Assembly: GCF_035084215.1 (NCBI RefSeq)
Contig: NC_090329.1
Location: 42,842,001 to 42,906,000, forward strand
Source: Heptranchias perlo
Taxonomy: Eukaryota
Length of the DNA: 64,000 nt
Reading direction: 5' to 3'
Shown here one piece after another: positions 62,435-64,000 of this stretch. Both the position numbers and the translations under genes were made by a program. Position 1 is the stretch's first letter. Every line of letters starts with the position of its first letter. The notes under the pieces were generated by a model. That model was not told where the DNA came from. It saw nothing but the letters and a program-made list of their open reading frames with translations, and searched no databases.

Positions 62435-64000
62435 TTTTCAAATAAAACTGTTGGACTATAACCTGGTGTTGTAAGATTCCTTACATTTGTCCAATATATC
62501 CAGCAAAGCAAGACAATCGCTGCATCCATGCTGCTGTATGGAATAAAGCTGGTCATTAACTAAGACATCCTTATGATATGCCTTGTCCCTGCTCCATGAT
62601 GATCTTCTGCAACCTCCTTCCACATGATTGAACATCAGCTTTTAGTGAGTCTCAGAATGTCTGCGTGCTGGGCACTGAATCATTTTGTATGAGCCCTATC
62701 AAAACAAAAAAAAAGCGATGAATGCTGGGTCTGTGTGTTAACATGCACTGTTTATGCACAATAGTAATTGCAAGAAAGTGGGGTAAAAGTGTCCATTACG
62801 CTAGTCACTGCTAAGGTACAAAACGGCCAAATTTAACTCTCAGTGGGAAGCCTGCGGAAGTGGAAGGGAGGTGGGCTAGGGGCTGGGGACTCCCTAAGTT
62901 GGGAGCTCCCACTCCTCAGTCTTCCGTTGAGATCCAGTGAAACATCAGCACTGGCACACCCGATCACACCAGCACCCATCTGACCTTATTACAGTAACAA
63001 GGCTACAAAATTGAGACCGCTGGAGCCATGATCAACTTTTTTGGGGAGGCTTGGCAACCCTCCCAGGCTGCCCAGCTTCCACCAGGCATAGATGCCCCCC
63101 ACTTTGCCAAAGACACCTCCTGAAGAACCCTCCGTCTGATGCCATGAACTTTGGTGGGATCAGCAGCGGCATTCCGCAACAAAACAATCCCAGTATATCT
63201 ATCAGGATCATACTTGTATGGGTTTTAGGAGCCAACTATCCCCTAACCTCATTTATTTTATATTGCTGCTACCAAAGTCAGGTTTTCAGCCCACGCTAAT
63301 GTGTAAAATAGATGCATCATAGGGATAAAAAAAATTGTATTAAAGAAGGTTCTAATCATTGGTGGTCTCCAGCAATTGACACCATAGAGCCGATATTACC
63401 ATGATTTTCCAGTGGCACGAAGCCTCACTGTTGGTGGGTGTAAGTCAAAAACATTAGGTCCCAACCATGCATGCCTATTTTGCAGAATGCCCAATTTTTT
63501 AATGTGGGATTTTGTAGGGTATATGAGGCTGGTCTATAGGCATACAGAGATTTATTTAAATAGTATATTTAGTCAAATGAGATTCTTGATTGAATTTCAT
63601 GGCCTTGGGCAAAGCTTCTTCCCCCAGAACTCATCTTGCTCGAATATAAAATGGACACATGGCTGCTCAGTGAGCCTGACCTGTTTTGGGGTGTTTGATA
63701 AAACAAGTTTGCTGTTGTATCAGTTGCTGCCAAAGTCTAATTTTTTGGCTTGTGCAATCAACAACTTACATGATTTTATTTCCCTCCATATTTCTGACTT
63801 TTTACTGAAGTCTTTTGTTTGCAAAACCACACTTTCCTGAAGTCTTGCCTATTACTGCTGCAGTACACGTTGCACTTAGCAAGGTTGGGAGAATGTAAAT
63901 CCCTTTGGTTGTTCCGATAGTGCTTTAAGATTTAGATGAGGAGGACTGATTCATGAGGGGACAATGCCTTCAGGTCCAACAACACCTCACTGTTTTTTTC

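Larger units (their letters stand above)
61642..62493. mobile_element. Second palindromic Penelope insertion (about 0.4-kb arms, different subfamily), tail on the left
   Basis: 61674-62077 is the reverse complement of 62084-62493; tail 61642-61673; TSD CAATATATCCA at 61633-61643 and 62492-62502; encodes EQKLIAKFRTHEDGLNRD. Confidence 0.95.
60330..62700 (-). pseudogene. Highly degraded HARBI1-like remnants (about 60330-60500, 61030-61640, 62500-62700)
   Basis: NRKHCHFMNVPMVHDLRQRI and DRKHWHAVKLQIMHDLKQR resemble NRKGxHSxNxQxVCD. Confidence 0.55.

Overview
Eukaryotic, repeat-dominated window with no recognisable host-gene exon. The repeat inventory (CR1 and L2 LINEs, Deu-domain SINEs, Neptune-type Penelope elements, two-gene PIF/Harbinger transposons) points to a vertebrate, most likely a cartilaginous fish (inference). 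Nearly all listed ORFs are transposon fragments or antisense noise. Highlights: (1) a minus-strand LTR element (30923-36163) with a 5-bp TSD, tRNA-Asn-type PBS and PPT, which carries an intronless fragment of the cellular ER lectin gene ERLEC1 later split by a CR1 insertion; this fragment is absent from the ORF track. (2) Two fold-back Penelope insertions (about 2.1 kb and 0.85 kb) with TSDs, an identical 32-nt one-sided tail and a minimal hammerhead ribozyme on each arm, plus a 108-bp ribozyme-only insertion; stem I covaries among copies. (3) Several Harbinger elements with spliced Myb/SANT genes, a shared TATA-like motif, a duplicated exon and many MITEs. (4) A four-level nested insertion. 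All family assignments come from motif recognition by eye; no database search was run, and boundaries of old repeats are approximate.
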